Assembly: GCF_000281045.1 (NCBI RefSeq)
Contig: NW_008246096.1
Span: forward strand, 526,497 to 590,496
Direction of reading: 5' to 3'
From: Saprolegnia diclina VS20
Lineage: Eukaryota
DNA: 64,000 bases
Both the position numbers and the translations under genes were made by a program. Of the stretch, positions 34,701 through 46,714 are shown one piece after another; the stretch's first letter is position 1, and each line of letters begins with the position of its first letter. The notes below the pieces were generated by a model. The model was not told the origin of the DNA and made no database searches. It saw nothing but the letters and a program-made list of their open reading frames with translations.

Positions 34701-37700
34701 CGAAGCCAAGGCCCAAGGTGTGCCCGACACGCCCGATACGCTCATGGACTTTTTGCTGCTGCGGATTCGCTCCAACTTTCGCATCATCATGTGCTTCTCG
34801 CCGGTCGGCGCCGTCTTCCGAGTCCGCGCCCGGCGCTTCCCCGGTCTCGTCAACTGCACGGTCATTGATTGGTTCCACCCGTGGCCCCGGGACGCGCTCG
34901 TGCGCGTGGCCACGAGCTTCTTGGAGAAGGTCGAGGACCTCGGCGACAAGGCGCTCAAGAAGAGCCTCGCCAACCACATGGCCGACGTGCACATTTCCGT
35001 GACCGACATGAGTAAAAAGTACTTTGAGACGCAGCGCCGGTTCAACTACGTGACGCCCAAGAGTTTTCTCGAGCTCATTTCGTTCTACGAAGTGCTTCTT
35101 GGCCAAAAGAAGGCCGAGATCCAGCGCCAAATCACACGCCTCGACGACGGGCTGAGTACGCTGCGCAAGACGTCGGCGGACGTGGCCGAGCTCCAAATCG
35201 ACTTAAAGAATACGATGCAAGTCGTGGCCGAGAAGCAAGCGTCAACCGACGTCCTTCTCGAACAAATGGGCCGCGAGAAGGCAGGCGCCGAAGTCCAGCA
35301 AGAGAACGCCAACAAGGAAAAAGCCAAGGCCGAGAAGGCGTCCGCGTCGGCGCAGGAGCTCGCGCAAGAGGCGGAGAAGGAGCTGTCGCAGGCCAAGCCG
35401 GCCATGGACGCTGCGGCCGCTGCCGTCGACTGTCTCTCCAAGGCAGCGATCACGGAACTCAAGTCGCTGCCCAAGCCGCCGGCCGGTGTCGATCTCGTCA
35501 CCAAGGCGTGTCTCATTCTCGTTGAGAAAGAGTACAAAAACCATAAGTGGGACCGCGCCAAGAAGATGATGAACAACGTCGGTCAGTTTCTCGACTCGCT
35601 CAAGGTGTTTCGCGGCGAAGACATTCCGGAAGCGGACGTTGCGCGTCTCGAGCCCCTCATTGCCGACCCCGAGTTTACGACCGAGAAGATGCTTTCCAAG
35701 TCGGCGGCCGCGGCCAACCTCTGCTCGTGGGTCGTCAATATCTACACGTTCAACCGCATTTACGTGCGCGTCAAGCCGCTCATGGACTCGCTCGAAGCGT
35801 CGAAAAAGAAGAAAGAAGAGGCCGAAGAGACACTCGCCAAGGCCATGGCGCAGGTCGCCGAAGTCCAAAAGCGCCTCGAGCAACTCGAAGACACGCTGCG
35901 CTTGGCGACCGAAGAGAAGCTGCGCGTCGAGCAAATGAAGCAAAACTGCGAGAACCGACTGCAACTCGCGGGGAAGCTCGTGAACGGCCTCGCAAGTGAA
36001 AACGAGCGCTGGGGCATTGAGATTGAGCAGCTCAAAGCCAACGGCGTCATGGTCGTCGGCAACTCGCTTCTCGCGGCGGCGTTCGTCTCGTACATTGGCG
36101 CGTTTGACCAGCAGTTTCGACGCGAGCTGTGGCAGACCCTCTGGGTGCCCGATCTGATCGCCAAAGCCATCCCGATCACGGACGGCATTGACCCGCTCCA
36201 GATGCTGACGACCGAAGGCAAGAACGCCAAAATGCTCAGCGAGGGCCTCCCCGCCGATCGCATTTCGATTGAGAACGGGTCCATTATCACCAACTGCACG
36301 CGCTGGCCGCTCATCATCGACCCGCAGCTGCAAGGCATCAAGTGGCTGCGTGAAAAGGAGAAGGCGCGCGAGCTGGTCGTGATCCAGCTGACGCAGAACC
36401 AATGGCTGCGCAAGATGGAGACAGCGATCGTCAACGGCCACGTCGTGATTGTCGAAAACATTGGCGAAGAAATCGACGCGACGCTCGACCCGGTGCTGGC
36501 GCGCGCTGTGTACAAGAAAGGCTCGAGCGCGTCACTGTACCTAAAGTTCTCGGGCGAAGAAGTGCAGTACGACCCGAGTTTCTTTATGTACCTCCAGACG
36601 AAGCTATCCAACCCGCACTACAAGCCCGAGATTGCGGCGCAGTGTACGCTCATCAACTTTATTGCGACCGAGTCGGGCTTGGAAGACCAGCTACTGGAGA
36701 AAGCTGTCAACAAGGAGCAGCCCGAGCTCGAGAAGCAAAAGCAAGAGCTCGTCTTGGCCTTTCAGAAATTCAAAATCGATTTGGTCGAGCTTGAGGACCA
36801 GCTGCTCGAACGCTTGGCGAATGCGCCGGACGATATCTTGTCGGACGTGCCCCTCATCGAGTCGCTCGAAGAGACCAAGAAGAAGGCGACCGACATTGCG
36901 ATTTCTGTCAAGAAGAACCAAGAGACGGAGATCATCATCAACAACACGCGTGAACTCTACCGACCCGTGGCGGCCGAAGGCGCGATGCTCTACTTCTTGC
37001 TCACGACGCTTAGCGCCATCGACCACATGTACCGTTATTCGCTCGACTCGTTCATCACGTTCTTCTACGCGTCGATTGATCGCGCGCCGAGCGCCGAGAA
37101 GCAAGCCGAGCGCGTGCTGAATTTGCGCGAGTCGCTTCGGATCACGGTCTTTACGTGGGTCTCGCGCGGCCTCTTCGAGTCGCACAAGCTCATCTTCCTC
37201 TCGCAGCTCACGTTCAACCTCATGAAGCGCGGCATTCTCGGCGAAGACGTCCGCATCGCCGACACGTACATGCAATTCCTGCTTCGAGGGCCGAAGAAGA
37301 CGGCGTCCGGCGACGCCGATGCCAACCCCATCGATTGGCTACCCAACGCGCAGTGGTACGCGATCCAAGCGCTCTCGACGCTCGAGGAGTTCAACAAGAT
37401 GCCCCAAGACCTCCGAGAGGCGTCGTCGCGCTTCCGTGAATGGTACAACCACGTGACGCCCGAGAGTGAAAAGCTGCCGCTGGACTGGGCCGGCCTCGAC
37501 CGCACGCCGTTCCTCAAGCTCCTAGTCGTGCGGTGCCTCCGACCCGATCGCATGACGGTCGCCGTGTCGGAGTTTATTCGGCACGTCTTGCCCAATGGCG
37601 CCATGTACTGCGACTGCGACTCGGCGCTCAACTCGACGCAGGTCATGGACAACTCGTACTTGGACTCGACGCCGACAACACCGCTCTACTTTATCTTGTC

Positions 37701-39468
37701 GCCCGGCGCCGACGTTGTCGCGGGCCTTGACAAGCTCGCAATCAAGTATGGCTTTGAGCGCGGTGTCTCGTACCACAACGTGTCCATGGGCCAAGGCCAA
37801 GATGTGTTTGCGATGGACCGCCTCGAAGTCGCGCACCGCAACGGGCACTGGGTCATCCTCAACAACATCCACCTCATGCCGCGCTGGCTCATTACGCTCG
37901 AGAAGAAGCTCGACGAGTTTGCGTTGGAGGGTTCGCACAAGAACTTTCGGCTCTTTCTGACGTCCGACCCGTCGAATGCGATTCCGATTGGCGTTCTCAA
38001 CCGCTGCATCAAGCTCACAAACGAGCCCCCGAGCGGCTTGAAAGCGAATTTGAAGCGGGCGTTTGTGAGCTTTCCGAAAGAGTACATTGAAGAAGCCGAA
38101 GGCAAAGTCAAGTCAATTCTCTTTGGCTTGTGCCACTTTCATGCTGTCATGATGGAGCGCAAGATGTACGGCCCGCTCGGCTTCAACATGATGTACCCGT
38201 TCTCGCTCGGCGATCTCCGCGACTCGGCCATTTGCCTCAACAACTACCTCGAGAATTCGGGCGGCGGCAAGATTCCGTGGGCCGATCTCAAGTACATTTT
38301 CGGCGAAATCATGTACGGCGGCCACATTGTCAACGACTTTGACCGGCTCCTCGCCAACACGTACCTCGACTTTTACATGCGCGACGAGCTCCTCGATGAA
38401 ATGGAGATGTTCCCGTTCGTCGGCGACGAGAAGGGCCCGTCGTTCATGTCGATTGCGCCGTCGTCGTACGACAAGTACCTCGAGCACATTGAGACCGAGC
38501 TCAAGTCGGACTCGCCGCTCGCGTTTGGCTTGCACCCGAACGCCGAGATCGACTTTCGTACGACCCAGTCGGAGAGTCTCTTTCGAACGCTCATGGAGCT
38601 CCAGCCGCGCGACGCAGCCTCGGGCGACGCGGCCTCGAGCCCGATGGAGATTGCGCGGTTGGCGCTCGAGACGATCATGGGCCGCATTGGCGAAAAGAAG
38701 TTTGAAGTCGACGACATTGCCCGGTCGCTCGAAGAGATTGGGCCGTACCAAAACGTGTTTATCCAAGAGTGCGACGCGATCAACGTGCTTTTGCAGGAGA
38801 TCGCGCGGTCGCTCAACGAGCTCCAGCTCGGGTTCCTTGGTGAACTCACCATGTCGGATGCCATGGAAGCGGTCCAAGAAGCCCTCTTCCTCGACCGCGT
38901 GCCAAAAACGTGGGAAAAGCTCGCGTTCCCGAGCGCGCGCATGCTCGCGAGCTGGCTCCTCAACCTCGAACAGCGATTGGCACAGCTCGACGAGTGGACG
39001 CAAAACCCGAGTGACATTCCGCGCGTCACGTGGCTTTCGGGCATGATCAACCCGCAGTCGTTCTTGACGGCCATCATGCAAGTGACGGCGCAGCGCAGCC
39101 AACTGGAGCTCGATAAGCTCGTGATCCAAACCGACGTGCTCAAGCGCAAGTTCAACGAAGTCGACGCGCCGTCGCGCGATGGCGCGTACATCCACGGGCT
39201 CTTCCTCATGGGCGCGCGCTGGGACTCGAACAACTCGACCGTCGACAAGAGTATGCCGAAGGAGATGTTTTGCTCGATGCCAGTCATCAACTGCAAGGCG
39301 ATCCAGTCCGACAAGCTCGATCTCAAGGGCTCGTTCATTTGTCCGTGCTACAAGACCGAATTCCGAGGACCCACGTACGTCTTCTCGGCGCAGCTCAAGA
39401 CCAAGTCGCCGCCCGCGCGCTGGGTCTTGGCCGGTGTCGCCCTCATCATGGACGTCCCCGTCGTATGA
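25770..39468 (+). CDS. Axonemal outer-arm dynein heavy chain, beta type (ODA4/DNAH9-11-17-like); one intron at about 25906-25949
   Basis: P-loops GPAGTGKT, GSAGSAKT, GGAGTGKT and GVGGSGKQ; CFDEFNRI; stalk coiled coil; C-terminal RGPTYVF..WVLAGVAL. About 4550 aa. Confidence 0.95.
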
Positions 39469-39544
39469 GCGTCTTTCTCTATATGCAATAGTGCTAGAGT
39501 AACTACAGAAACAACCCGTGTACAAACACTCGTGTTTCTATGTT

Positions 39545-40915
39545 TCAACAAGTAGACGAGCTACGCCGTGCTGTATCCAAAAGCATGGCGACGTCGACGT
39601 GGCCGTTGGCGATGGCGGCCGTGTGGGCAATCTCAACATCCAAGACGGTATCGGAGGCGTCGAGGAGGAGGGCGACGACGTCGGCATGGCCGTGGGCAGC
39701 CGCCGCCCGGAGTGCGGACGACGACGCAATAGCACCACGGTCCAAGAGACGCTGCAGCACGGGTACATGGCTGCGCGACGCGGCACGGTCCACGGCACGT
39801 GGCGTCGGGACGAGCTTGCACGTTTGCAGGAGAAAGTCGACAATGTCGAGATGCCCGCCCGCGCTCGCCCCTTCGAGCGCAAGCGACGAGCCGGGAAAAC
39901 GGTGAGCGTGCAAGAGCTGCACCATTTCCAAGTGGCCGCGGGACGCCGCACCGTCGATGGCCACGGAGCCGCGGTCGCTGACGTGGTGCAATAGATGGGT
40001 GACGAGCGAGATGGACCCGGCGGCGGCCGCGGCGTTGAGCGCGGTCTGGAGCTGGATCGGCGAGTGCTCATGGAACGACAACAAGTAGGCGCCAATCGCG
40101 TCGGCGGCGCACTTGGCGGCCCACACAAGGCTCCACGGCGCGCACGGAGCTCCGTGGCCATGCTCACAGAGATATCGCACAAGATCCAAGCGGTGCGAGG
40201 CGATTGCTGCATGTAGCGCACGCTCCGAGCACCCTTCGTGCCGATGTGTTTGGAGCCAGACGACGACATCGAAGTGGCCGTTGTGCACGGCACCGTCCAT
40301 CGCGGTCACCGAACCGCCTTCGGACCGGTGGCGGTGCAACCATTGAAGGACGTGCAAATGGCCGTTGGTCGCAGCGCCATCAAAGGCGTGGATTGAGCAC
40401 CCTTCGGTGCGGTTGGCATGCAGCCACTGGACGATGTGAAGCGCACCGGTCGTGGAGGCTCCGTCCATCGCGGCCGCCGTTGCGCTAGCGCACCCGTGCG
40501 AGTGAAGCCATTGCACGACATCGAGGTGGCCGTTGCCGGCGGCGGCGTCCATGGCGCGGTGTGTGCAGCCTTCGCGGCGATGCGTGAGCAGCCAGCATAC
40601 GAGAGTCAAATGACCCGACGACGCGGCGTTGTCGATAGCCCAGGTCGTCGCCCCATCGTTGCGGTGAGCGTGGAGCCACTGGACGACGCCCAAGTGTCCG
40701 TTGGCGGCGGCCCAGTCGATCGCGTCTTCCGTTGCGGCGGCGCCCGCAGCGTGCAAGCGACGAACGAGGTGGAGGAACCCGGCGCCAGCAGCCTCGTCGA
40801 GGCTCCACTCGAGCGTTGTGTCGAGATAGCTGCTCACATATTGAAGCAGCGCCGTGTCGACGAGGCGCTCAGCACACGCGAGATGGACAGACGTGAGCGG
40901 TGCCGGCAGGTGCAT
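39545..40915 (-). CDS. Oomycete-type ankyrin repeat protein
   Basis: Tandem A(I/M)DxAAxNGHLxVVQWLHxxRxEG repeats. First true ATG is at 40915. Confidence 0.9.
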   Translation of the reverse strand: MHLPAPLTSVHLACAERLVDTALLQYVSSYLDTTLEWSLDEAAGAGFLHLVRRLHAAGAAATEDAIDWAAANGHLGVVQWLHAHRNDGATTWAIDNAASSGHLTLVCWLLTHRREGCTHRAMDAAAGNGHLDVVQWLHSHGCASATAAAMDGASTTGALHIVQWLHANRTEGCSIHAFDGAATNGHLHVLQWLHRHRSEGGSVTAMDGAVHNGHFDVVVWLQTHRHEGCSERALHAAIASHRLDLVRYLCEHGHGAPCAPWSLVWAAKCAADAIGAYLLSFHEHSPIQLQTALNAAAAAGSISLVTHLLHHVSDRGSVAIDGAASRGHLEMVQLLHAHRFPGSSLALEGASAGGHLDIVDFLLQTCKLVPTPRAVDRAASRSHVPVLQRLLDRGAIASSSALRAAAAHGHADVVALLLDASDTVLDVEIAHTAAIANGHVDVAMLLDTARRSSSTC

Positions 40916-41080
40916 GGCCACTTGGCATGTGGGAAAGAATGAGCGACGGCCGTCGTCTCTGGTGTCTGCCTCTACCGCGGGTCGAGCCCGCGTGTTTTAA
41001 ACGGCCAAATGGTAGCCTAGACAGATGTTGTGTACACGTGACAATACTGTACACTGCGGTCATGTGGTGACCACTGTGTG

Positions 41081-41145
41081 TGTGAAATATCATTTCACAT
41101 GGTGTAAAAGTGTGTAAAATGATTTGTCATGCACTTTTACACCAT
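41081..41145. repeat. Adjacent inverted repeats (8 bp and 14 bp) in the ankyrin/MEA1 divergent promoter
   Basis: TGTGAAAT/ATTTCACA (41081-41099) and ATGGTGTAAAAGTG/CACTTTTACACCAT (41099-41112 and 41132-41145). Confidence 0.8.
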
Positions 41146-41230
41146 AGCACACCCTGTCGTGTAGCCAATGGACATCCAGTACGGATAGAATTGAAGTCCG
41201 GATAATGACGTTAGAGACAAAGATTTCAAA

Positions 41231-41656
41231 ATGGCCGAGAGCTGCGCGGCCCTGGACGCGCTCGAGCGCGAGTATGCGGTCATCGCGAGCCAGCGACCGA
41301 TCCCGGCCATGGACTTTAGCGACATGGAAGCGAAGAAGGAAGACGGCGACACATGCGTCGACAGCAGCGAGCATGAGATGCTGGGATCCGACTCGGAAGT
41401 CGAAGGGGCACCGATGGGCTACGAGCCGCTTATGGCCGACAGCGACGACGAAGACGACGAGGCGCATGAAGAGGTGGTGGCTCCTGCGGCCAGCAGCTGC
41501 GAGCCAGAGAAGATGACGGCCAACGATGTGGCGACGATTCAACAGGCCATGCAGCAACTCTCGCTGCCGGCGCCGTCGTGGGGCAAGAACTTGTCGGACA
41601 AAGACATCATGGCGCTCCTAATGCCCAAGGCGCCAGCGACTTTGCATCATCCATAG
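41231..41656 (+). CDS. MEA1 (male-enhanced antigen 1)-like acidic protein
   Basis: Acidic middle with GYEPL and C-terminal MTANDVATIQQAMQQLSLPAPSW..LSD, resembling the MEA1 conserved block. Confidence 0.65.
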   Translation: MAESCAALDALEREYAVIASQRPIPAMDFSDMEAKKEDGDTCVDSSEHEMLGSDSEVEGAPMGYEPLMADSDDEDDEAHEEVVAPAASSCEPEKMTANDVATIQQAMQQLSLPAPSWGKNLSDKDIMALLMPKAPATLHHP

Positions 41657-42216
41657 CCTTAAGCGCAATACTAGTCAGGCCACTTCGTCCTATGAGGTAT
41701 TGCGGCTAGTTGGAGTGTCATGTCCCTGGCGTATTGGCCCATGCAATTCTACACTTTGCATGGGCAGCTGCAAATTAATACATAACATCTCATACACTGT
41801 CATTCTCGTTGTGGCGAAGCTGCCGGCAACCCTTGAAGACTAGCTCGAAGCGATCCAACACATGCGAGTACATATGTCCAGTGCTTTTCAGCACGTAGCC
41901 GCGATGCAGCAGTCAGCAGTGTGACGAATATGTCCATTGCTTCCTCAAGGAACTCGAGGCCGTTGCGGACGCGCTGGTACAAACAATGTTGTAGCTCTGC
42001 TAGAAACCCTAATTCAGGCTGTTGGGCCTGCGAGCCGAATGAAAAACTTGCAGCGTCGACGACGCACCACGGTCTCCACTAGGTGCGTGTATTGAGCAAG
42101 TATCGACGGTATATGATACAGCTAGTATGTGAAGAGGTACTCAAGGCGTCGCCGTCCTTCTCGCCACTGGCGCGACGCCGATCGTCGAGCAACTTCAACG
42201 TACGCGAGATCATCGC

Positions 42217-42229
42217 TTCTGATTGGCTG
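42217..42229 (-). promoter_or_regulatory. CCAAT box upstream of the RSL1D1-like gene
   Basis: TTCTGATTGGCTG about 85 nt upstream of ATG 42312. Confidence 0.5.
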
Positions 42230-42311
42230 TTTTCTTTTGCAAGCGCGCTTCTGAGTGGTTGGATGGCACGTGCCGATGCCATTGGGCGAAATATTTCTAT
42301 TGTCCCGAACC

Positions 42312-43100
42312 ATGGAGCGCCTGGTGCCCACCGAGGTCAAGCGCGCGGTCGTCGCACTGCAGCAGTTCCAGCAAAAGCAAGCGCCGCCGGCCAAGAAGAA
42401 GCACAAGACGCACGCAGTCATCAGCCTCATCGTGACGCGGAAGAAGGTACCGGCGACCGTGGCGCCGAAGCCGGTCCCGATCGCGCTGCCCCACTCGCTG
42501 CGCCTCGACGGCGACGCGATCTTGCTGGTCAAGGACATTGACCTCAAACGCATCAAGGACGCGCTGGCGAAAGAGCCGGTCCCTGGCGTCGCCAAGGTCA
42601 TGGGCCTCAAGCAGCTCAAGACGCAGCTCAAGGAACCCCGCGAGTTCCGAGCACTTTACACGACCTTCCTCGCCGACGACCGCGTCCTCAACGTCATCAA
42701 AGCCACGCTCGGGAAGAAGTTTTTTGAGGCGACGCCGCTCGTCGAGCTCGTGCCCGTGCTCGTCGCCAAGCGTGATGTTGCCGACTACGTCCGGCGCGCG
42801 CTCGACGGCACGACCATGGTGCCGTCGCCGGGCCCGTGCATCAACGTCAAGGTCGCAATCGACCTCATGCCGGCCGAGGTCATCATGGAGAACATTGCGG
42901 CCGCGACTGCCGTCATCGTCGACAACATTGGGCGCAAGTGGAAGAACGTCAAGTCCATTAGCATCAAGACGACCGAGTCGATCGCGCTGCCCATCTACCA
43001 CGCGCCGGTCGACGCCGTCAAGAAGCCCGAGAATACGAGCAAGAAGCGCAAGGCAAACGACAGCGCCACGCCTGTGACGAAGAAGGCGAAGCGCGGCTAA
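42312..43100 (+). CDS. Ribosomal L1 domain-containing ribosome biogenesis protein (RSL1D1/Utp30-like)
   Basis: PIALPHSL, LLVKD, FLADDRV..LGKKFF, W.NVKSISIKTTESIALPIY, and a Lys-rich tail. Confidence 0.85.
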   Translation: MERLVPTEVKRAVVALQQFQQKQAPPAKKKHKTHAVISLIVTRKKVPATVAPKPVPIALPHSLRLDGDAILLVKDIDLKRIKDALAKEPVPGVAKVMGLKQLKTQLKEPREFRALYTTFLADDRVLNVIKATLGKKFFEATPLVELVPVLVAKRDVADYVRRALDGTTMVPSPGPCINVKVAIDLMPAEVIMENIAAATAVIVDNIGRKWKNVKSISIKTTESIALPIYHAPVDAVKKPENTSKKRKANDSATPVTKKAKRG

Positions 43101-43545
43101 GAGTATGGGGTAATAAATAGATCTACTAGAGTACAGTAGTCGTGTACGACGGCGTGGTTTATGCACTATCGGATCTTAGTATCGCGCGCTACGTCGATGG
43201 CAACAGCATGGGATCTGGTGACCCGATAGCACGCTCGCAGAGGCATGCGAGCGGTCATTGTCGTCGCTACGGTGCTTCGATGCTTGCAAGATGACGTTGT
43301 CGGCGTGACGCAGGTCGTCTCGTGGATCTGCCAGCAGTTCCTTGCAGCGCTGCTGGCGCCGTACATACCGGTAGTCGTAGAGCTCCCATCGACCTTGGTC
43401 GCATGCCACCGTCTATCGTTGCCAGAGGCCTGGACACACCCAACGTCTTCATTACTGCGGGCGACGGCGTGTTTATGCACCAATGGCATTGCGTTGTGGT
43501 GGGCTTTTTGACCAATGAAATCGCGGAACACATTGCGCGACGGAC

Positions 43546-43563
43546 GTCATTTCCGAATTTGCC
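43546..43563 (+). promoter_or_regulatory. Oomycete INR+FPR core promoter (MVD)
   Basis: GTCATTTCCGAATTTGCC fits the oomycete TCAYTY-nnn-WTTY element, 7 nt before the ATG. Confidence 0.6.
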
Positions 43564-43570
43564 GCCAGCC

Positions 43571-44908
43571 ATGCGTAGTGTCACTTGCTCGACGCCGACC
43601 AACATTGCAGTCATCAAGTACTGGGGCAAGGACAGCGTTGCGCTCAACACGCCCATCAACTCGTCCGTGAGCGTGACGCTCAACCAGAAGCAGCTCAAGA
43701 CCGTCACGTCCATCGTGGCCTCGACGACCTTTGCCGCCGACCGCATCTGGCTCAACGGCGCCGAGCAGGACATCAACAACAAGCGCATCCAGGTCGTGCT
43801 CAAGGAGATGCGCCGCCTTGCGACGAGCAAGGCTCTCGACGCCGATGGCAAGCCCATCCGCAAGGAGGACTGGCCCGCGTACAAGGTTCACATCGTGTCG
43901 ATCAACACGTTCCCGACCGCGGCGGGCCTCGCGTCGTCGGCGGCTGGCTACGCGTGCCTTGGTACCAATGAATCTTTCTGGCGGAATATCATGTGTGACT
44001 AGTTGCGGCGCTCATTGAGCTCTTTGCGGCCGAGGAAGAGTACCCTGGTCAGTTCTCGGCGGTCGCGCGCCAAGGCTCGGGCAGCGCGTGCCGGTCGCTC
44101 GACGGCGGCTTTGTGCGCTGGGAAAAGGGCACCAAGGCTGATGGCTCGGACAGCTTGGCTGTGCAGGTCGCGGACCACCTCCACTGGCCCGAGCTCGAAG
44201 CCATCATCTGCGTCGTCAACGACAAGGAGAAGGACACGAGCTCGACGAGCGGCATGATGACGTCCAAGGACACGAGTGAGCTCCTCGGCTTCCGCGCGCG
44301 CGAAGGTACTTGCGCCAATTCTCTCTCCGTTCTTAGAGCGATCACCCCTGTTTCTAGTCGTCGACAAGCGCCTCCATGCGATCGAAGCTGCGTACAAGGC
44401 CAAGGACTTTGAAACGTTTGGCAAGATCACGATGATGGACAGCAACCAGTTCCACGCCACGTGCTTGGACACGTACCCGCCGATCTTCTACATGAACGAG
44501 GTCTCGCGCAGCATCATCCACATGGTGCACAAGTACAACGAGGCGGCGGGGCGCGTCCAGGCCGCGTACACGTTTGACGCAGGTCCGAACGCCGTCATTT
44601 TCGTCGAGAAGAAGCACACGGCCGAGGTCATGGGACTCCTGCTTCACCACTTTGACCGCGACGCGACGCTCGAGGTCCGCGGTGACTTTAAAAAGACGGA
44701 CGTCGTCGCGCCGGCTGCGAGCCTCCTCAGCGCGGTCAAGGTCAACGCGGCCCCCGGCTCGCTCAAGATGATTTACCACACGACGGTATTCTTCCTCCTC
44801 GAACACTCGGTGCTCATGCAGGCATGGTGTTAGGTCGGTGAAGGCCGCAAGGTGCTCCCGGCGTCCGAGTCGCTCATTGACCTTGCGACGTGCTTGCCGC
44901 GCCAGTAG
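43571..44908 (+). CDS. MVD: Diphosphomevalonate decarboxylase; 4 exons
   Basis: [60 protein letters not shown]. Confidence 0.96.
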
Positions 44909-45112
44909 GTCTCCTTGGTGAGACGCCACTTTAGTCGGTACCTGGCACTGCTCGAGTACACTCCCTCTTTATGCGTGAACCTGATGACATGGACGCTGCG
45001 GGTGGATGGAGATGACAAGTGAAAACATAGCATTCTCAGTGTGGGTCCAGCTTCTAGATTTGTGAAAGTGTAGTCGTAGTAGTAGTCGTGTCGTAGAATT
45101 TCGCCACTAAGT

Positions 45113-46714
45113 TTACAAGTCGAGGAGGAGACGCTCCGGGTCGGCAATCTTGTCGGCAATCGACTTGAGACACGTGACCGCCTCCCGGCCGTCGACGAGG
45201 CGGTGGTCGTACGTGAGCGCGAGATACATCATCGGGCGCGCGACGATCTCGCCGTTGGCGAGCACGACCGGGCGCATCTTGGTCGCATGCATGCCGAGGA
45301 TGCCCGACTGCGGCACGTTGATGATGGGCGTGCCCATGAGCGAGCCAAAGACGCCGCCGTTCGAGATGGTAAAGGTGCCGCCGGCCATGTCTTCCATCGT
45401 AATGGCGCCGGCACGGGCCTTTTCGGCGAGGTGCGCGAGCGACTTTTCAATGTCGGCAAAGCCCATCGACTCCGTGTTGCGCAAGACGGGCGTCACGAGG
45501 CCCTTGGGCGTCGCGACGGCCACCGAGATGTCGACAAAGTCGCGGTACACAATCTCCGAGTGCGCTTCGTCAATGCTGGCGTTGACACCCGGGACTTCGA
45601 GGAGCGCGTTGGCCGACGCCTTGATGAACGCCGACATAAAGCCGAGCTTGACGTTGTGCTTGGCTTCGAACGCATCCTTGTACGTCTTGCGCATGGCCAT
45701 GAGCTTCGACATGTCGACCTCCTGGAACGTCGTCAACGACGCGCTCGTGTTCTGCGACTCCTTGAGGCGCTCGGCGATGCGGAGACGCATGCGGTTCATC
45801 TTCTCGCGACGGACCTCACGCGACGCGCCGCCGAGCATGACGGGCGACGCAATGTTCTCGGCCACCTTGGGCGTCGCTGCCTTGGCAGCGGGGGCCGCAG
45901 CCTTGGGCTCAGCAGCCGGCGCCGCGGCCACAGGCGTCGCGACAGGCTTCGGGGCCGCAGCCGGCGCAGCACCGGGGACCATGTGGAAGAGAGGCGCACC
46001 AATTTCGACAACATCATCGACGTTGACAAGCGTCTTCTGGATGACACCCGCCTGGGGCGCACGGACATCGACCGAGACCTTGTCCGTCTCGAGGACGAGG
46101 ACAACTTCATCGACATCGACGTGGTCGCCGGCACCCTTGGTCCAGCTGACGACTGTGCCTTCCGAGATCGAGTCGCCCATCGACGGGACGTTGACCGTGA
46201 TGGGTTCGCCAGAAACAGCCGCGGCCGGGGCAGCAGCAGGCGCCGCAGTGGCCGGCGCGGGGGTCGAGGCGACCGGCGCCGGCGTCGAAGCAGCACCCGC
46301 AGCACCTTCGGTCAAGCGGAAGAGCGGAGCACCAACCAACACGGTGGCGTCGACAATGGCCAAGTGCTCGGCAACGACACCGGCCTGCGGCGAGCGCACG
46401 TCGACCGAGACCTTGTCCGTCTCGAGCACAACGACAACGTCGTCGGCCTCGACGCGGTCGCCAACCGCCTTGACCCACTCGACGACCGTACCTTCCGAGA
46501 TGGAATCACCCATCGAGGGCACGGGGATGTCGATCGTGCTGAACATGCGACGCGCCATGTTGGGCGCGCCGACCTGGACGCGGCCCATCGAGGTCATCGA
46601 GATGGCGCGGCTGGCGCCGTTGAAGGACGCGGCCGAGAGCGCAGGGACGCGGCGACCGGCGACGAAGCGCGGCAGCGCGCGGACGGCCTTGAGCTTGTGG
46701 AGCTGGCGGAGCAT
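45113..46714 (-). CDS. DLST: 2-oxoglutarate dehydrogenase E2 (dihydrolipoamide succinyltransferase) with two lipoyl domains
   Basis: Two [19 protein letters not shown] lipoyl domains. Catalytic domain with [29 protein letters not shown] and [14 protein letters not shown]. Confidence 0.96.
   Translation of the reverse strand: MLRQLHKLKAVRALPRFVAGRRVPALSAASFNGASRAISMTSMGRVQVGAPNMARRMFSTIDIPVPSMGDSISEGTVVEWVKAVGDRVEADDVVVVLETDKVSVDVRSPQAGVVAEHLAIVDATVLVGAPLFRLTEGAAGAASTPAPVASTPAPATAAPAAAPAAAVSGEPITVNVPSMGDSISEGTVVSWTKGAGDHVDVDEVVLVLETDKVSVDVRAPQAGVIQKTLVNVDDVVEIGAPLFHMVPGAAPAAAPKPVATPVAAAPAAEPKAAAPAAKAATPKVAENIASPVMLGGASREVRREKMNRMRLRIAERLKESQNTSASLTTFQEVDMSKLMAMRKTYKDAFEAKHNVKLGFMSAFIKASANALLEVPGVNASIDEAHSEIVYRDFVDISVAVATPKGLVTPVLRNTESMGFADIEKSLAHLAEKARAGAITMEDMAGGTFTISNGGVFGSLMGTPIINVPQSGILGMHATKMRPVVLANGEIVARPMMYLALTYDHRLVDGREAVTCLKSIADKIADPERLLLDL

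Noticed and set aside
26758..39525. Many long minus-strand ORFs (up to 733 aa)
   Set aside because: Antisense to the dynein CDS; typical codon-bias artefact.
39545..40915. Repetitive DNA resembling an array
   Set aside because: Explained by coding ankyrin repeats; no CRISPR-like repeat-spacer structure.
41737..41765. 10-bp hairpin GCCCATGCAA/TTGCATGGGC downstream of the MEA1-like gene
   Set aside because: About one is expected by chance in this window; no other support.
41800..42282. Possible spliced minus-strand gene (two short ORFs with intron-like signals)
   Set aside because: I could not build one consistent reading frame, and it overlaps the RSL1D1 promoter.
2259..44908. HMGCL + MVD as an isoprenoid gene cluster
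   Set aside because: They are 40 kb apart, in different pathways and compartments, with unrelated genes between them.
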